This document shows positions 1-12,984 of a stretch of 64,000 bases of DNA, one piece after another. Position 1 is the first letter of the stretch; each line of letters begins with the position of its first letter. The stretch spans positions 259,408,001 to 259,472,000 of the forward strand of contig OZ024743.1 in assembly GCA_964016885.1 (NCBI GenBank), given 5' to 3'. Under the pieces are notes generated by a model. That model had not been told where the DNA came from. It was given only the letters and a program-made list of their open reading frames with translations, and did not search any database. Source of the DNA: Eledone cirrhosa (Eukaryota). The position numbers were made by a program, and so were the translations under genes.

Positions 1-1967
1 TTCAAAGCAACAAAGCCCAGATGCATACGTTTGAACTATACAATTTATACACAGTCTTTCTTTTATATCTTAAAACTGTTGAAATGAATTGCTATTCCAG
101 CCTTTCCACTCTTACCTATTCGTATACAAATTCTTTCACTAGCATGAGCGTTTATTATAATGTAAACTTGAACACTTTTTTATAAATGATATAACCTCTC
201 TACTGTTAAACACCAATTGACATTGTTTACAAAGCGTACATGATATTTAATATAAACAGAAATAGCGTATAAGTGGTTTAGTACCATGGCCCATATATAT
301 GCTTATATTTACTAGAAATGGTATAAAAACAATACATACTGCCCTTAACCCCATTAATAAATTATTCTGAAACATCCATTGTAACACCTCCGCTTTTTCT
401 GCGAGATATTTATCGTGAAAACACAGTAGTTTACATATACTAACATTAGTCACCAACCATGAACGTTTTGAATTCGCGGACAGATTTCTGAAATTTACAA
501 AGAAAAGAAATGACTAAAAAAGAATAAAAATAAATAAGAAACAGAAGCTATAAATAGAATGATCTTTAAAAAAGTATTTCAATAGTCGTGAAACTTTCTT
601 GTCAATTATTCTTGTTGATGATTGATGAAATATTAATATGTCTCGGAATTGAATTCTATTAATCAATACAGACATATTCATGTAATGAATCTTTCTTTTG
701 TGTATCGAAAACTAGCCAGATATTAGAGGTTTAAAAAAAGTAATTTAAATTCCTCTCAGAGACATTTTTAATTGCTTCTATTAAAACAATAATTCTCAGA
801 AATAGATTCTCGAATTAACAGGATCCATTAGTTTAAATTTTATTTTCATTCTATGCAGAATTATGTAAAAGAAGAAAAGAATATTAATCACCGTCGTGTA
901 TACCACACCATACCAAATTTATCTTTATAGAAGTTTGAGCTAGACTAGTCCAACTGAAAAATAACTTCATAAAATATATATTTAAATGAAGTTATAGCAG
1001 AAATGAACATGTCGCAAAACACGTCTTTAACAGCTTTTAGTAAATTTCAGTTCCGTCCTAAGTTCAAATCTCACCGATGTAGTGAACTTTTACACAAAAG
1101 CTAAAGGCTATAGATATATTAAAATATAATTTGGAATGAGTTATTCATATATTTATCTGGCTTCATACTGTAAACCTCTATAATACACTCGTTTTTATAA
1201 TAAATGAGATTGCGCATAACTATCATCGTATTTGGGAACCGAACCAACCATGCACACACACACTCACACACTCTCTCTTGTACACACACACACAGGTATA
1301 TATATATATATACATTACTTCACACACCAACTACCATTTATGAATGGACTACTACCCAACGAGAGAAAAGACAGAAAAAACAGCACAAATAATAAGATGC
1401 TATGCCATTAGAGAGAACAGGTAAAATGAGTATGAGTAAAATAAATATAAGAAAAATAAGAAGAAAAGTAATGAAATAGAAGTTAAAGAATAAATTGAAG
1501 TCTGTTGGTTTAGTCTACATTGTAGATGGATCCACACATATAATTAATTGGGACTAGAATATGTTTAAAGAGTGGAACGGTGTTTTCAAGGAGAAAGTTA
1601 ATTGGAAATTCAGATAAAAATTTCAGATAAAATCATACACAGGAAGAAAATTCGCATGACATTTTTGCACACACACACACACAGACAGACAGACACACAC
1701 ACACACAAACACACACAGACAGACAGACATACACACACACATACACAGGCATACATATACACACACATACACACATACACACACAGAGAGACACACAGAG
1801 GCACACACACACACATATATTTATATATTTATATATGTATCTTTGTATCTATGTGTGTATGTATATATGTATGTAGAAGGTAAACAGAAATAACAAAAAT
1901 AACAAACACAAACGGCACAGTACATGGAGGAAATATATTAGATTAACACTTGAAATAGCAGGAAGGG

Positions 1968-2005
1968 AGTCTTAATGTTTCGGACACTAGTCCTTCATCA
2001 GAGTT
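1968..2005 (-). ncRNA. Degenerate PLE-type minimal hammerhead in an old PLE 3'-end remnant
   Basis: Minus strand: aact-CTGATGA-a-ggac-tagt-gtcc-GAAA-catta-agact. Core and stem II intact; stems I and III eroded. Confidence 0.55.
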
Positions 2006-2135
2006 AGAAATAGAAGATAAATAGATAGTAAAGAGTGACAAGAAGGAACGTGGAAAAATGAAGAAAAAAGACACGTGCATATTCAGTCGGTCATACATGC
2101 ATGCATTCATGCATACATAAACACGCACGCACACA

Positions 2136-2182
<47 letters not shown>

Positions 2183-2621
2183 ACACACACACACACACAC
2201 ATACACACACACATACATACACACATATATATATATATGTTTGTGTGTGTCTGTGTGAACAGCCTTAAAGGGAATTTCGGGTCATGAAATTGCTAGCAAA
2301 ATTTCGGTTGATGGAGTTTTTTCACACTCACCATTTTAACAGATCACTTAGTTCTTTATTTTATTCCAGTTCAATTTATACACCAACCAGTTAGAATTTC
2401 AATACTTGCTATATTGTGTGGCTAAACGAACATTTTTCTTTAGTTCAACATCGTCTGATAAGGTGAGTCTATGTCTTAAGAAGTAGATTTTAGTGATCCA
2501 ATTTTTCGTTCCGGTTTCTTAATTCATATAGGTAATAGCACCCACACACCAAAGTGGGTCATTTTGCCCTCCCAGTCTTACTTCAATAAATTTTAATTAT
2601 TCACAACTATCAGTTATATAT

Positions 2622-2736
<115 letters not shown>

Positions 2737-2838
2737 AATGAAGTAATTCCATCGGAAAAGTCCAGGAAAAAAGAGTGCTCTATGTAAGCAACAGAGCTTA
2801 ATTATTATTATTATGTAATAAACAACATAAGGCAATTA

Positions 2839-2898
2839 TTCCATTTACCAGTGGTTTCTTAAAAGCAAAAGGTTTTGCTTTCAATCCTCAGAATGAAA
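2839..2898 (-). ncRNA. Type I hammerhead ribozyme (inverted pLTR copy)
   Basis: Reverse complement of 8587-8646. Confidence 0.85.
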
Positions 2899-3112
2899 AA
2901 TCCTGGTTTGTTTATTGAATATGGATTCTAAAAACGAAAATGCAATCTATATGAAAGTGAGGCTGGAAAAGGGAGAAGGAAAGGAAAAATAAAATAAAAT
3001 AAAACTACACATGCAAACACACACAAAAAAAACCCAAAAGCATACTTACACACACACACACATATATATACACATATAATTTGCACGCATACACACATAC
3101 ACATACATATAC

Positions 3113-3163
<51 letters not shown>

Positions 3164-3823
3164 TATATACATACATACACATACACACACATATATATAT
3201 ATAAAAAGAGCGTACACCTACACACACATACACATATATATACACACATATACACATACATATATTCATACATACACACGCACACACACACACACACACA
3301 TATATACACACACACATACATATATATACACATGTACATATCCATACATATATATATATATATACATATATACACATACATATACACACATGTACACATA
3401 TACATACACACACACACACACACACACACATGTGTGTGTACAAGCCTACACATACACACACACATATATATACACACACACACATATACATACATTCACA
3501 CAAACATACAACGTACATACATACACATACATGAATGCACTCCACTACATATTAACACACGCAAATAAAAAATATATAAATAATATTAACAAATATTTGA
3601 CAGCGATACATGCCCCAGCTAACAGGACAGACACGCGTGGTAAGTAATACACACATAAGCGCATATACATACGTTCGAAATAGTAAACACATACACACAC
3701 TCTCACACATAAATATACATATACAAATACATAAACACGTACATACACATACATACGCAAACACGTACACGTATACAATATAAACACACACATGTATATG
3801 TAATTATATACACACACACACAC

Positions 3824-3884
<61 letters not shown>

Positions 3885-4343
3885 CAAAAATATAAAAATA
3901 TAAACGCACACACACATATATAAATACGTAAACACACATATACATACATAGCTAAACAATTATACACATGCAAATACGTATATATCAAAAGAACGCACAA
4001 CCAAATACAAACACACATACATATATACACACACACACACCCACACACAAACCCACACATACATAAAAATAAATAAAAACACACGCAACATATACATACA
4101 TACACGTACATATACACATATACATATATACACATACATATATACATATACACATACATATACACAAATATATACATACATATATATATATACACACGCA
4201 CACGCACACATACACACATGCATACACATACACACACACATATACATGTGTGTATGTGTAAAGCTCAGTATTAGATAAGACAAATGAACCTTACATAAAC
4301 GTATATATAGTAGTAAAGTAATAAAGCCATACAAGGCAATTAA

Positions 4344-4401
4344 TCCATTCACCAGAGGTTTCTTAAAAGCAAAAAAAGTTTCCTTCAATCTTCAGAATGA
4401 A
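4344..4401 (-). ncRNA. Divergent hammerhead motif (GUG), inverted pLTR copy
   Basis: Reverse complement of 7081-7138. Confidence 0.7.
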
Positions 4402-4443
4402 ATATACAAATATATACACACATACAGACACGCACACACACAC

Positions 4444-4488
<45 letters not shown>

Positions 4489-4735
4489 TACACATATATA
4501 TATATATATATATACAGACATATACACACACATACACACACATACATATACATACATACATACACATATATATACATACACAAACATATACGTACACATA
4601 TACATATATACACACAAAAAAACATACACATACACATAGGTATGTGAAGGGCAAAACAAAAAGAATATATGGGGTGGGGGGCCTAGAGGAGGTAAAAATA
4701 TAAAGGGAGGTAAGGGGGAAAAAAAATATTTTTTA

Positions 4736-6688
4736 AAATATCCACCTAGAATTAAAGACATGGCCAACTTCGAATTAGACCTCGTTAATCTAATTAGTGA
4801 TATCAAATTTCGTAAGTACATTAATAATTTTCAAACTAAACTTTCTCACGATATCTCTAATTTTAGAAATTCTACAAACACTTTTGTTCTTTCTGATAAA
4901 ACCAAAAACCTCTTTGAAGTTAATAGTAATTTGTATAACCAACTTTTAACTAATAGTATTACCAATAAATATCAATTAACTAATAATAATACCTACAATA
5001 CTATCAATAAAGAAGCTAAAGAACTAGCTAGTTCTTTACAAATAGATAACCGGATTGAAAGCTTAGCTAAGCGTAAAGCATATATTACCCTTAAAGACCA
5101 TAAATTGGACTTTACTAATCGACCTAGTTGTAGACTGATTAACCCGGCTAAATCCGAGGTTGGCCTTGCTAGTAAGAAAATCTTAAGAAAAATAATTATC
5201 CAAATTAGAACTAACACTGTCCTTTCACAGTGGCTAAATACTTCCTCTGTTATTTCTTGGTTCAATAATATACAAGGTAAAAATAAGTGTAGATTTACAC
5301 AATTTGATATTGTCGATTTTTACCCTTCTATTACCGTTTCCTTATTAACTAAAGCCTTAGATTTTGCAAGACCCTTCATTAATATCTCCAAATTAGAAGA
5401 GGACATTATCTTTCATGCCAGAAAAACTTTACTTTTTACTAATGATAAGATTTGGGTTAAAAAGTCAAACCCTGAAAACTCCTTCGATGTTGCAATGGGT
5501 TCTTATGACAGTGCGGATGTGTGCGACTTAGTAGGATTATTCCTTCTCCACACACTCAAAGAGAAATTTCCGTCCCATAATATCGGTTTATACCGTGATG
5601 ACGGATTAGCAGTTTCTCATACCACCAATGGCCATAATCTTGATAAATTCCGTAAAGATTTAATTAGTACCTTTGCTAATCTTAACCTTAAAATTACTAT
5701 AGATACGAACCTTACTAATGCTAACTTTCTTGATATTAATCTTGATCTACTTACTGCCTCTTTTAAACCCTATCATAAACCTAATGAAAATCTTAGGTAT
5801 ATACACAAAGAGTCTTGCCATCCCCCTATAGTTTTTAAAAATCTTATTCCTAACATTAGCCGTAGGATTTCTACTTTATCTTCGTCTATAGACATTTTTA
5901 ATAAAGCCGCCCCTTATTATAATAAAGCCCTTAAGAACAGCGGTTTTACAGAAAATATTTCTTATTTACCTATTCCCCCCCCTAAAACTAACCATAATAA
6001 CAGGAAAAGGAAGATTATTTGGTTCACACCCCCCTTCTCTCTAAATGTCAAAACTAATGTAGGAAGGAAATTCCTTGAACTATTAGACAAACATTTTCCT
6101 CCTATTCATAGATATTATAAGATTTTTAATAGGAATGTAGTTAAGATCAGCTACTCTTGTTGTCCATCCATGAAATCCAAAATCACAAGTTCAAAACGTA
6201 CGAGGATAAATCCAGGATGCAGTTGCAGGAAGCCGGATGAATGCCCATTGCAGGGTAAATGTAAAACAAAATCTGTCGTTTATGAGGCTAAAATAACGCC
6301 AGTTATCAACAACCAGCCAGCCAGAAGCGAGCGATATGTCGGTATGACCCAGGACAGGTTTAAAACCAGATTTTACTCACATGTCGCTTCTTTTAAACAC
6401 TCAGATAAACGAACATCAACGGCCCTCGCAAGTAAGGTATGGGATCTCAAGGATAGTAATATCCCGTACTCTATTGATTGGTCTATATTAGACCATTCGA
6501 GGGAGTACCAAAGGGGCACAAAGAATTGTTCTTTGTGTACCACTGAAAAGTATAGGATCTTGCTAAACTTGAGAGACACTTCCGCTTGCCTTAACTCTAA
6601 GACTGAGATCTTCAGATGCTGTCCTCATCTGAAATCGCATCTGATCTGTAACTGGATTGACACTCCTACGATAAATCAACCGCCTTGA
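4736..6688 (+). CDS. 5'-truncated second copy of the PLE ORF (lacks first ~60 codons; in-frame ATG at 4760 gives 642 aa)
   Basis: Translation identical to residues 69-710 of the 8866-10998 ORF. Identity begins at AAATA 4736 = 9046. Confidence 0.9.
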   Translation, partial: KYPPRIKDMANFELDLVNLISDIKFRKYINNFQTKLSHDISNFRNSTNTFVLSDKTKNLFEVNSNLYNQLLTNSITNKYQLTNNNTYNTINKEAKELASSLQIDNRIESLAKRKAYITLKDHKLDFTNRPSCRLINPAKSEVGLASKKILRKIIIQIRTNTVLSQWLNTSSVISWFNNIQGKNKCRFTQFDIVDFYPSITVSLLTKALDFARPFINISKLEEDIIFHARKTLLFTNDKIWVKKSNPENSFDVAMGSYDSADVCDLVGLFLLHTLKEKFPSHNIGLYRDDGLAVSHTTNGHNLDKFRKDLISTFANLNLKITIDTNLTNANFLDINLDLLTASFKPYHKPNENLRYIHKESCHPPIVFKNLIPNISRRISTLSSSIDIFNKAAPYYNKALKNSGFTENISYLPIPPPKTNHNNRKRKIIWFTPPFSLNVKTNVGRKFLELLDKHFPPIHRYYKIFNRNVVKISYSCCPSMKSKITSSKRTRINPGCSCRKPDECPLQGKCKTKSVVYEAKITPVINNQPARSERYVGMTQDRFKTRFYSHVASFKHSDKRTSTALASKVWDLKDSNIPYSIDWSILDHSREYQRGTKNCSLCTTEKYRILLNLRDTSACLNSKTEIFRCCPHLKSHLICNWIDTPTINQPP

Positions 6689-7080
6689 ACTCCTTCTCTG
6701 CTCTTTACTTTTGCTACGGCTTTTATTTTGCTGCTTCTACCTTCTGTACTCTTGTTTTTAAAAAATATTTTTTTTCCCCCTTACCTCCCTTTATATTTTT
6801 ACCTCCTCTAGGCCCCCCACCCCATATATTCTTTTTGTTTTGCCCTTCACATACCTATGTGTATGTGTATGTTTTTTTGTGTGTATATATGTATATGTGT
6901 ACGTATATGTTTGTGTATGTATATATATGTGTATGTATGTATGTATATGTATGTGTGTGTATGTGTGTGTATATGTCTGTATATATATATATATATATAT
7001 GTGTATGTACATATATATATATATGTATATATATATATGTGTGTGTGTGCGTGTCTGTATGTGTGTATATATTTGTATAT

Positions 7081-7138
7081 TTCATTCTGAAGATTGAAGG
7101 AAACTTTTTTTGCTTTTAAGAAACCTCTGGTGAATGGA
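7081..7138 (+). ncRNA. Second, divergent hammerhead motif with GUG at the cleavage triplet
   Basis: ttcatt-CTGAAGA-ttgaagg...cttttaa-GAAA-cctctgg-TG-aatgga. Paralog of 8587-8646, including the downstream aattgcctt..ttattac. Confidence 0.7.
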
Positions 7139-7597
7139 TTAATTGCCTTGTATGGCTTTATTACTTTACTACTATATATACGTTTATGTAAGGTTCATTT
7201 GTCTTATCTAATACTGAGCTTTACACATACACACATGTATATGTGTGTGTGTATGTGTATGCATGTGTGTATGTGTGCGTGTGCGTGTGTATATATATAT
7301 ATGTATGTATATATTTGTGTATATGTATGTGTATATGTATATATGTATGTGTATATATGTATATGTGTATATGTACGTGTATGTATGTATATGTTGCGTG
7401 TGTTTTTATTTATTTTTATGTATGTGTGGGTTTGTGTGTGGGTGTGTGTGTGTGTATATATGTATGTGTGTTTGTATTTGGTTGTGCGTTCTTTTGATAT
7501 ATACGTATTTGCATGTGTATAATTGTTTAGCTATGTATGTATATGTGTGTTTACGTATTTATATATGTGTGTGTGCGTTTATATTTTTATATTTTTG

Positions 7598-7658
<61 letters not shown>

Positions 7659-8318
7659 GTGTGTGTGTGTGTATATAATTACATATACATGTGTGTGTTT
7701 ATATTGTATACGTGTACGTGTTTGCGTATGTATGTGTATGTACGTGTTTATGTATTTGTATATGTATATTTATGTGTGAGAGTGTGTGTATGTGTTTACT
7801 ATTTCGAACGTATGTATATGCGCTTATGTGTGTATTACTTACCACGCGTGTCTGTCCTGTTAGCTGGGGCATGTATCGCTGTCAAATATTTGTTAATATT
7901 ATTTATATATTTTTTATTTGCGTGTGTTAATATGTAGTGGAGTGCATTCATGTATGTGTATGTATGTACGTTGTATGTTTGTGTGAATGTATGTATATGT
8001 GTGTGTGTGTATATATATGTGTGTGTGTATGTGTAGGCTTGTACACACACATGTGTGTGTGTGTGTGTGTGTGTGTATGTATATGTGTACATGTGTGTAT
8101 ATGTATGTGTATATATGTATATATATATATATATGTATGGATATGTACATGTGTATATATATGTATGTGTGTGTGTATATATGTGTGTGTGTGTGTGTGT
8201 GCGTGTGTATGTATGAATATATGTATGTGTATATGTGTGTATATATATGTGTATGTGTGTGTAGGTGTACGCTCTTTTTATATATATATATGTGTGTGTA
8301 TGTGTATGTATGTATATA

Positions 8319-8371
<53 letters not shown>

Positions 8372-8586
8372 GTATATGTATGTGTATGTGTGTATGCGTG
8401 CAAATTATATGTGTATATATATGTGTGTGTGTGTGTAAGTATGCTTTTGGGTTTTTTTTTGTGTGTGTTTGCATGTGTAGTTTTATTTTATTTTATTTTT
8501 CCTTTCCTTCTCCCTTTTCCAGCCTCACTTTCATATAGATTGCATTTTCGTTTTTAGAATCCATATTCAATAAACAAACCAGGATT

Positions 8587-8646
8587 TTTCATTCTGAGGA
8601 TTGAAAGCAAAACCTTTTGCTTTTAAGAAACCACTGGTAAATGGAA
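8587..8646 (+). ncRNA. Type I hammerhead ribozyme, intact core, predicted cleavage after GUA (A8639)
   Basis: Stem I tttcatt/aatggaa; CTGAGGA; stem II ttgaaagcaaaa/ttttgcttttaa; GAAA; short stem III cc-act-gg; TA. Confidence 0.85.
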
Positions 8647-8865
8647 TAATTGCCTTATGTTGTTTATTACATAATAATAATAATTAAGCTCTGTTGCTTA
8701 CATAGAGCACTCTTTTTTCCTGGACTTTTCCGATGGAATTACTTCATTTATACAGCTCCAACCGGGATTGATCGCAGCATATTCGATATTACATATACGA
8801 TTGGCACTTTCCAGCCCGTTTAGTTGAGCACTCTACAGTTTTCAGGAATTTAACCAACATACACC

Positions 8866-10998
8866 ATGGACCTTTATGATTTGGATTATTCTATCAAAAA
8901 CATACCCACTCCTTCCAACACAACATACACCAAAATCCTCATTGATAAAATCGAGCAAGTCGTTAAAAGAATGAGATGGAAGGCAATGGTTTACGATGGA
9001 CTATTCAGTGCTGATACTAAAGATAATTTTGACATTAAATCCCGTAAATATCCACCTAGAATTAAAGACATGGCCAACTTCGAATTAGACCTCGTTAATC
9101 TAATTAGTGATATCAAATTTCGTAAGTACATTAATAATTTTCAAACTAAACTTTCTCACGATATCTCTAATTTTAGAAATTCTACAAACACTTTTGTTCT
9201 TTCTGATAAAACCAAAAACCTCTTTGAAGTTAATAGTAATTTGTATAACCAACTTTTAACTAATAGTATTACCAATAAATATCAATTAACTAATAATAAT
9301 ACCTACAATACTATCAATAAAGAAGCTAAAGAACTAGCTAGTTCTTTACAAATAGATAACCGGATTGAAAGCTTAGCTAAGCGTAAAGCATATATTACCC
9401 TTAAAGACCATAAATTGGACTTTACTAATCGACCTAGTTGTAGACTGATTAACCCGGCTAAATCCGAGGTTGGCCTTGCTAGTAAGAAAATCTTAAGAAA
9501 AATAATTATCCAAATTAGAACTAACACTGTCCTTTCACAGTGGCTAAATACTTCCTCTGTTATTTCTTGGTTCAATAATATACAAGGTAAAAATAAGTGT
9601 AGATTTACACAATTTGATATTGTCGATTTTTACCCTTCTATTACCGTTTCCTTATTAACTAAAGCCTTAGATTTTGCAAGACCCTTCATTAATATCTCCA
9701 AATTAGAAGAGGACATTATCTTTCATGCCAGAAAAACTTTACTTTTTACTAATGATAAGATTTGGGTTAAAAAGTCAAACCCTGAAAACTCCTTCGATGT
9801 TGCAATGGGTTCTTATGACAGTGCGGATGTGTGCGACTTAGTAGGATTATTCCTTCTCCACACACTCAAAGAGAAATTTCCGTCCCATAATATCGGTTTA
9901 TACCGTGATGACGGATTAGCAGTTTCTCATACCACCAATGGCCATAATCTTGATAAATTCCGTAAAGATTTAATTAGTACCTTTGCTAATCTTAACCTTA
10001 AAATTACTATAGATACGAACCTTACTAATGCTAACTTTCTTGATATTAATCTTGATCTACTTACTGCCTCTTTTAAACCCTATCATAAACCTAATGAAAA
10101 TCTTAGGTATATACACAAAGAGTCTTGCCATCCCCCTATAGTTTTTAAAAATCTTATTCCTAACATTAGCCGTAGGATTTCTACTTTATCTTCGTCTATA
10201 GACATTTTTAATAAAGCCGCCCCTTATTATAATAAAGCCCTTAAGAACAGCGGTTTTACAGAAAATATTTCTTATTTACCTATTCCCCCCCCTAAAACTA
10301 ACCATAATAACAGGAAAAGGAAGATTATTTGGTTCACACCCCCCTTCTCTCTAAATGTCAAAACTAATGTAGGAAGGAAATTCCTTGAACTATTAGACAA
10401 ACATTTTCCTCCTATTCATAGATATTATAAGATTTTTAATAGGAATGTAGTTAAGATCAGCTACTCTTGTTGTCCATCCATGAAATCCAAAATCACAAGT
10501 TCAAAACGTACGAGGATAAATCCAGGATGCAGTTGCAGGAAGCCGGATGAATGCCCATTGCAGGGTAAATGTAAAACAAAATCTGTCGTTTATGAGGCTA
10601 AAATAACGCCAGTTATCAACAACCAGCCAGCCAGAAGCGAGCGATATGTCGGTATGACCCAGGACAGGTTTAAAACCAGATTTTACTCACATGTCGCTTC
10701 TTTTAAACACTCAGATAAACGAACATCAACGGCCCTCGCAAGTAAGGTATGGGATCTCAAGGATAGTAATATCCCGTACTCTATTGATTGGTCTATATTA
10801 GACCATTCGAGGGAGTACCAAAGGGGCACAAAGAATTGTTCTTTGTGTACCACTGAAAAGTATAGGATCTTGCTAAACTTGAGAGACACTTCCGCTTGCC
10901 TTAACTCTAAGACTGAGATCTTCAGATGCTGTCCTCATCTGAAATCGCATCTGATCTGTAACTGGATTGACACTCCTACGATAAATCAACCGCCTTGA
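8866..10998 (+). CDS. Intact 710-aa PLE polyprotein: reverse transcriptase + Cys linker + GIY-YIG endonuclease
   Basis: N-terminal SIKNIP...RMRWKA and SDKT; RT motifs QFDIVDFYPSI, AMGSYDS, LYRDDG, NFLDINL; linker CSC..CPLQGKC; endonuclease VVY...YVGMT..F..R..H; C-terminal CSLC..E...CPH. No stops or frameshifts. Naiad assignment is from recalled family motifs. Confidence 0.95.
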   Translation: MDLYDLDYSIKNIPTPSNTTYTKILIDKIEQVVKRMRWKAMVYDGLFSADTKDNFDIKSRKYPPRIKDMANFELDLVNLISDIKFRKYINNFQTKLSHDISNFRNSTNTFVLSDKTKNLFEVNSNLYNQLLTNSITNKYQLTNNNTYNTINKEAKELASSLQIDNRIESLAKRKAYITLKDHKLDFTNRPSCRLINPAKSEVGLASKKILRKIIIQIRTNTVLSQWLNTSSVISWFNNIQGKNKCRFTQFDIVDFYPSITVSLLTKALDFARPFINISKLEEDIIFHARKTLLFTNDKIWVKKSNPENSFDVAMGSYDSADVCDLVGLFLLHTLKEKFPSHNIGLYRDDGLAVSHTTNGHNLDKFRKDLISTFANLNLKITIDTNLTNANFLDINLDLLTASFKPYHKPNENLRYIHKESCHPPIVFKNLIPNISRRISTLSSSIDIFNKAAPYYNKALKNSGFTENISYLPIPPPKTNHNNRKRKIIWFTPPFSLNVKTNVGRKFLELLDKHFPPIHRYYKIFNRNVVKISYSCCPSMKSKITSSKRTRINPGCSCRKPDECPLQGKCKTKSVVYEAKITPVINNQPARSERYVGMTQDRFKTRFYSHVASFKHSDKRTSTALASKVWDLKDSNIPYSIDWSILDHSREYQRGTKNCSLCTTEKYRILLNLRDTSACLNSKTEIFRCCPHLKSHLICNWIDTPTINQPP

Positions 10999-11390
10999 AC
11001 TCCTTCTCTGCTCTTTACTTTTGCTACGGCTTTTATTTTGCTGCTTCTACCTTCTGTACTCTTGTTTTTAAAAAATATTTTTTTTCCCCCTTACCTCCCT
11101 TTATATTTTTACCTCCTCTAGGCCCCCCACCCCATATATTCTTTTTGTTTTGCCCTTCACATACCTATGTGTATGTGTATGTTTTTTTGTGTGTATATAT
11201 GTATATGTGTACGTATATGTTTGTGTATGTATATATATGTGTATGTATGTATGTATATGTATGTGTGTGTATGTGTGTGTATATGTCTGTATATATATAT
11301 ATATATATATGTGTATGTACATATATATATATATGTATATATATATATGTGTGTGTGTGCGTGTCTGTATGTGTGTATATATTTGTATAT

Positions 11391-11448
11391 TTCATTCTGA
11401 AGATTGAAGGAAACTTTTTTTGCTTTTAAGAAACCTCTGGTGAATGGA
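11391..11448 (+). ncRNA. Divergent hammerhead motif (GUG), terminal pLTR copy
   Basis: Identical to 7081-7138. Confidence 0.7.
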
Positions 11449-11907
11449 TTAATTGCCTTGTATGGCTTTATTACTTTACTACTATATATACGTTTATGTA
11501 AGGTTCATTTGTCTTATCTAATACTGAGCTTTACACATACACACATGTATATGTGTGTGTGTATGTGTATGCATGTGTGTATGTGTGCGTGTGCGTGTGT
11601 ATATATATATATGTATGTATATATTTGTGTATATGTATGTGTATATGTATATATGTATGTGTATATATGTATATGTGTATATGTACGTGTATGTATGTAT
11701 ATGTTGCGTGTGTTTTTATTTATTTTTATGTATGTGTGGGTTTGTGTGTGGGTGTGTGTGTGTGTATATATGTATGTGTGTTTGTATTTGGTTGTGCGTT
11801 CTTTTGATATATACGTATTTGCATGTGTATAATTGTTTAGCTATGTATGTATATGTGTGTTTACGTATTTATATATGTGTGTGTGCGTTTATATTTTTAT
11901 ATTTTTG

Positions 11908-11966
<59 letters not shown>

Positions 11967-12626
11967 GTGTGTGTGTGTGTATATAATTACATATACATGT
12001 GTGTGTTTATATTGTATACGTGTACGTGTTTGCGTATGTATGTGTATGTACGTGTTTATGTATTTGTATATGTATATTTATGTGTGAGAGTGTGTGTATG
12101 TGTTTACTATTTCGAACGTATGTATATGCGCTTATGTGTGTATTACTTACCACGCGTGTCTGTCCTGTTAGCTGGGGCATGTATCGCTGTCAAATATTTG
12201 TTAATATTATTTATATATTTTTTATTTGCGTGTGTTAATATGTAGTGGAGTGCATTCATGTATGTGTATGTATGTACGTTGTATGTTTGTGTGAATGTAT
12301 GTATATGTGTGTGTGTGTATATATATGTGTGTGTGTATGTGTAGGCTTGTACACACACATGTGTGTGTGTGTGTGTGTGTGTGTATGTATATGTGTACAT
12401 GTGTGTATATGTATGTGTATATATGTATATATATATATATATGTATGGATATGTACATGTGTATATATATGTATGTGTGTGTGTATATATGTGTGTGTGT
12501 GTGTGTGTGCGTGTGTATGTATGAATATATGTATGTGTATATGTGTGTATATATATGTGTATGTGTGTGTAGGTGTACGCTCTTTTTATATATATATATG
12601 TGTGTGTATGTGTATGTATGTATATA

Positions 12627-12677
<51 letters not shown>

Positions 12678-12891
12678 GTATATGTATGTGTATGTGTGTA
12701 TGCGTGCAAATTATATGTGTATATATATGTGTGTGTGTGTGTAAGTATGCTTTTGGGTTTTTTTTGTGTGTGTTTGCATGTGTAGTTTTATTTTATTTTA
12801 TTTTTCCTTTCCTTCTCCCTTTTCCAGCCTCACTTTCATATAGATTGCATTTTCGTTTTTAGAATCCATATTCAATAAACAAACCAGGATT

Positions 12892-12951
12892 TTTCATTCT
12901 GAGGATTGAAAGCAAAACCTTTTGCTTTTAAGAAACCACTGGTAAATGGAA
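12892..12951 (+). ncRNA. Type I hammerhead ribozyme (terminal pLTR copy), cleavage after A12944
   Basis: Identical to 8587-8646. Confidence 0.85.
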
Positions 12952-12984
12952 TAATTGCCTTATGTTGTTTATTACATAATAATA

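Larger units (their letters stand above)
2737..4738 (-). repeat. Inverted copy of the microsatellite-rich PLE pseudo-LTR
   Basis: Reverse complement of 6756-8748, including unique spacers and both HHR motifs. 3-nt AAA microhomology (4736-4738) at the junction with the truncated ORF. Confidence 0.95.
6689..8865 (+). repeat. Inter-ORF pseudo-LTR (3'UTR + 5'UTR), mostly compound (TA)/(TG)/(TATG) microsatellite
   Basis: Lies between the stop of copy 1 and the ATG of copy 2. Repeated at 10999-12987 and inverted at 2737-4738. Confidence 0.9.

Noticed and set aside
10996-11120. Selenocysteine or readthrough at the PLE's TGA stop (some Naiads are reported to encode selenoproteins)
   Set aside because: All Cys motif positions use normal Cys codons and the TGA follows the last conserved motif. 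The hydrophobic extension only reflects T-richness, and I saw no SECIS.
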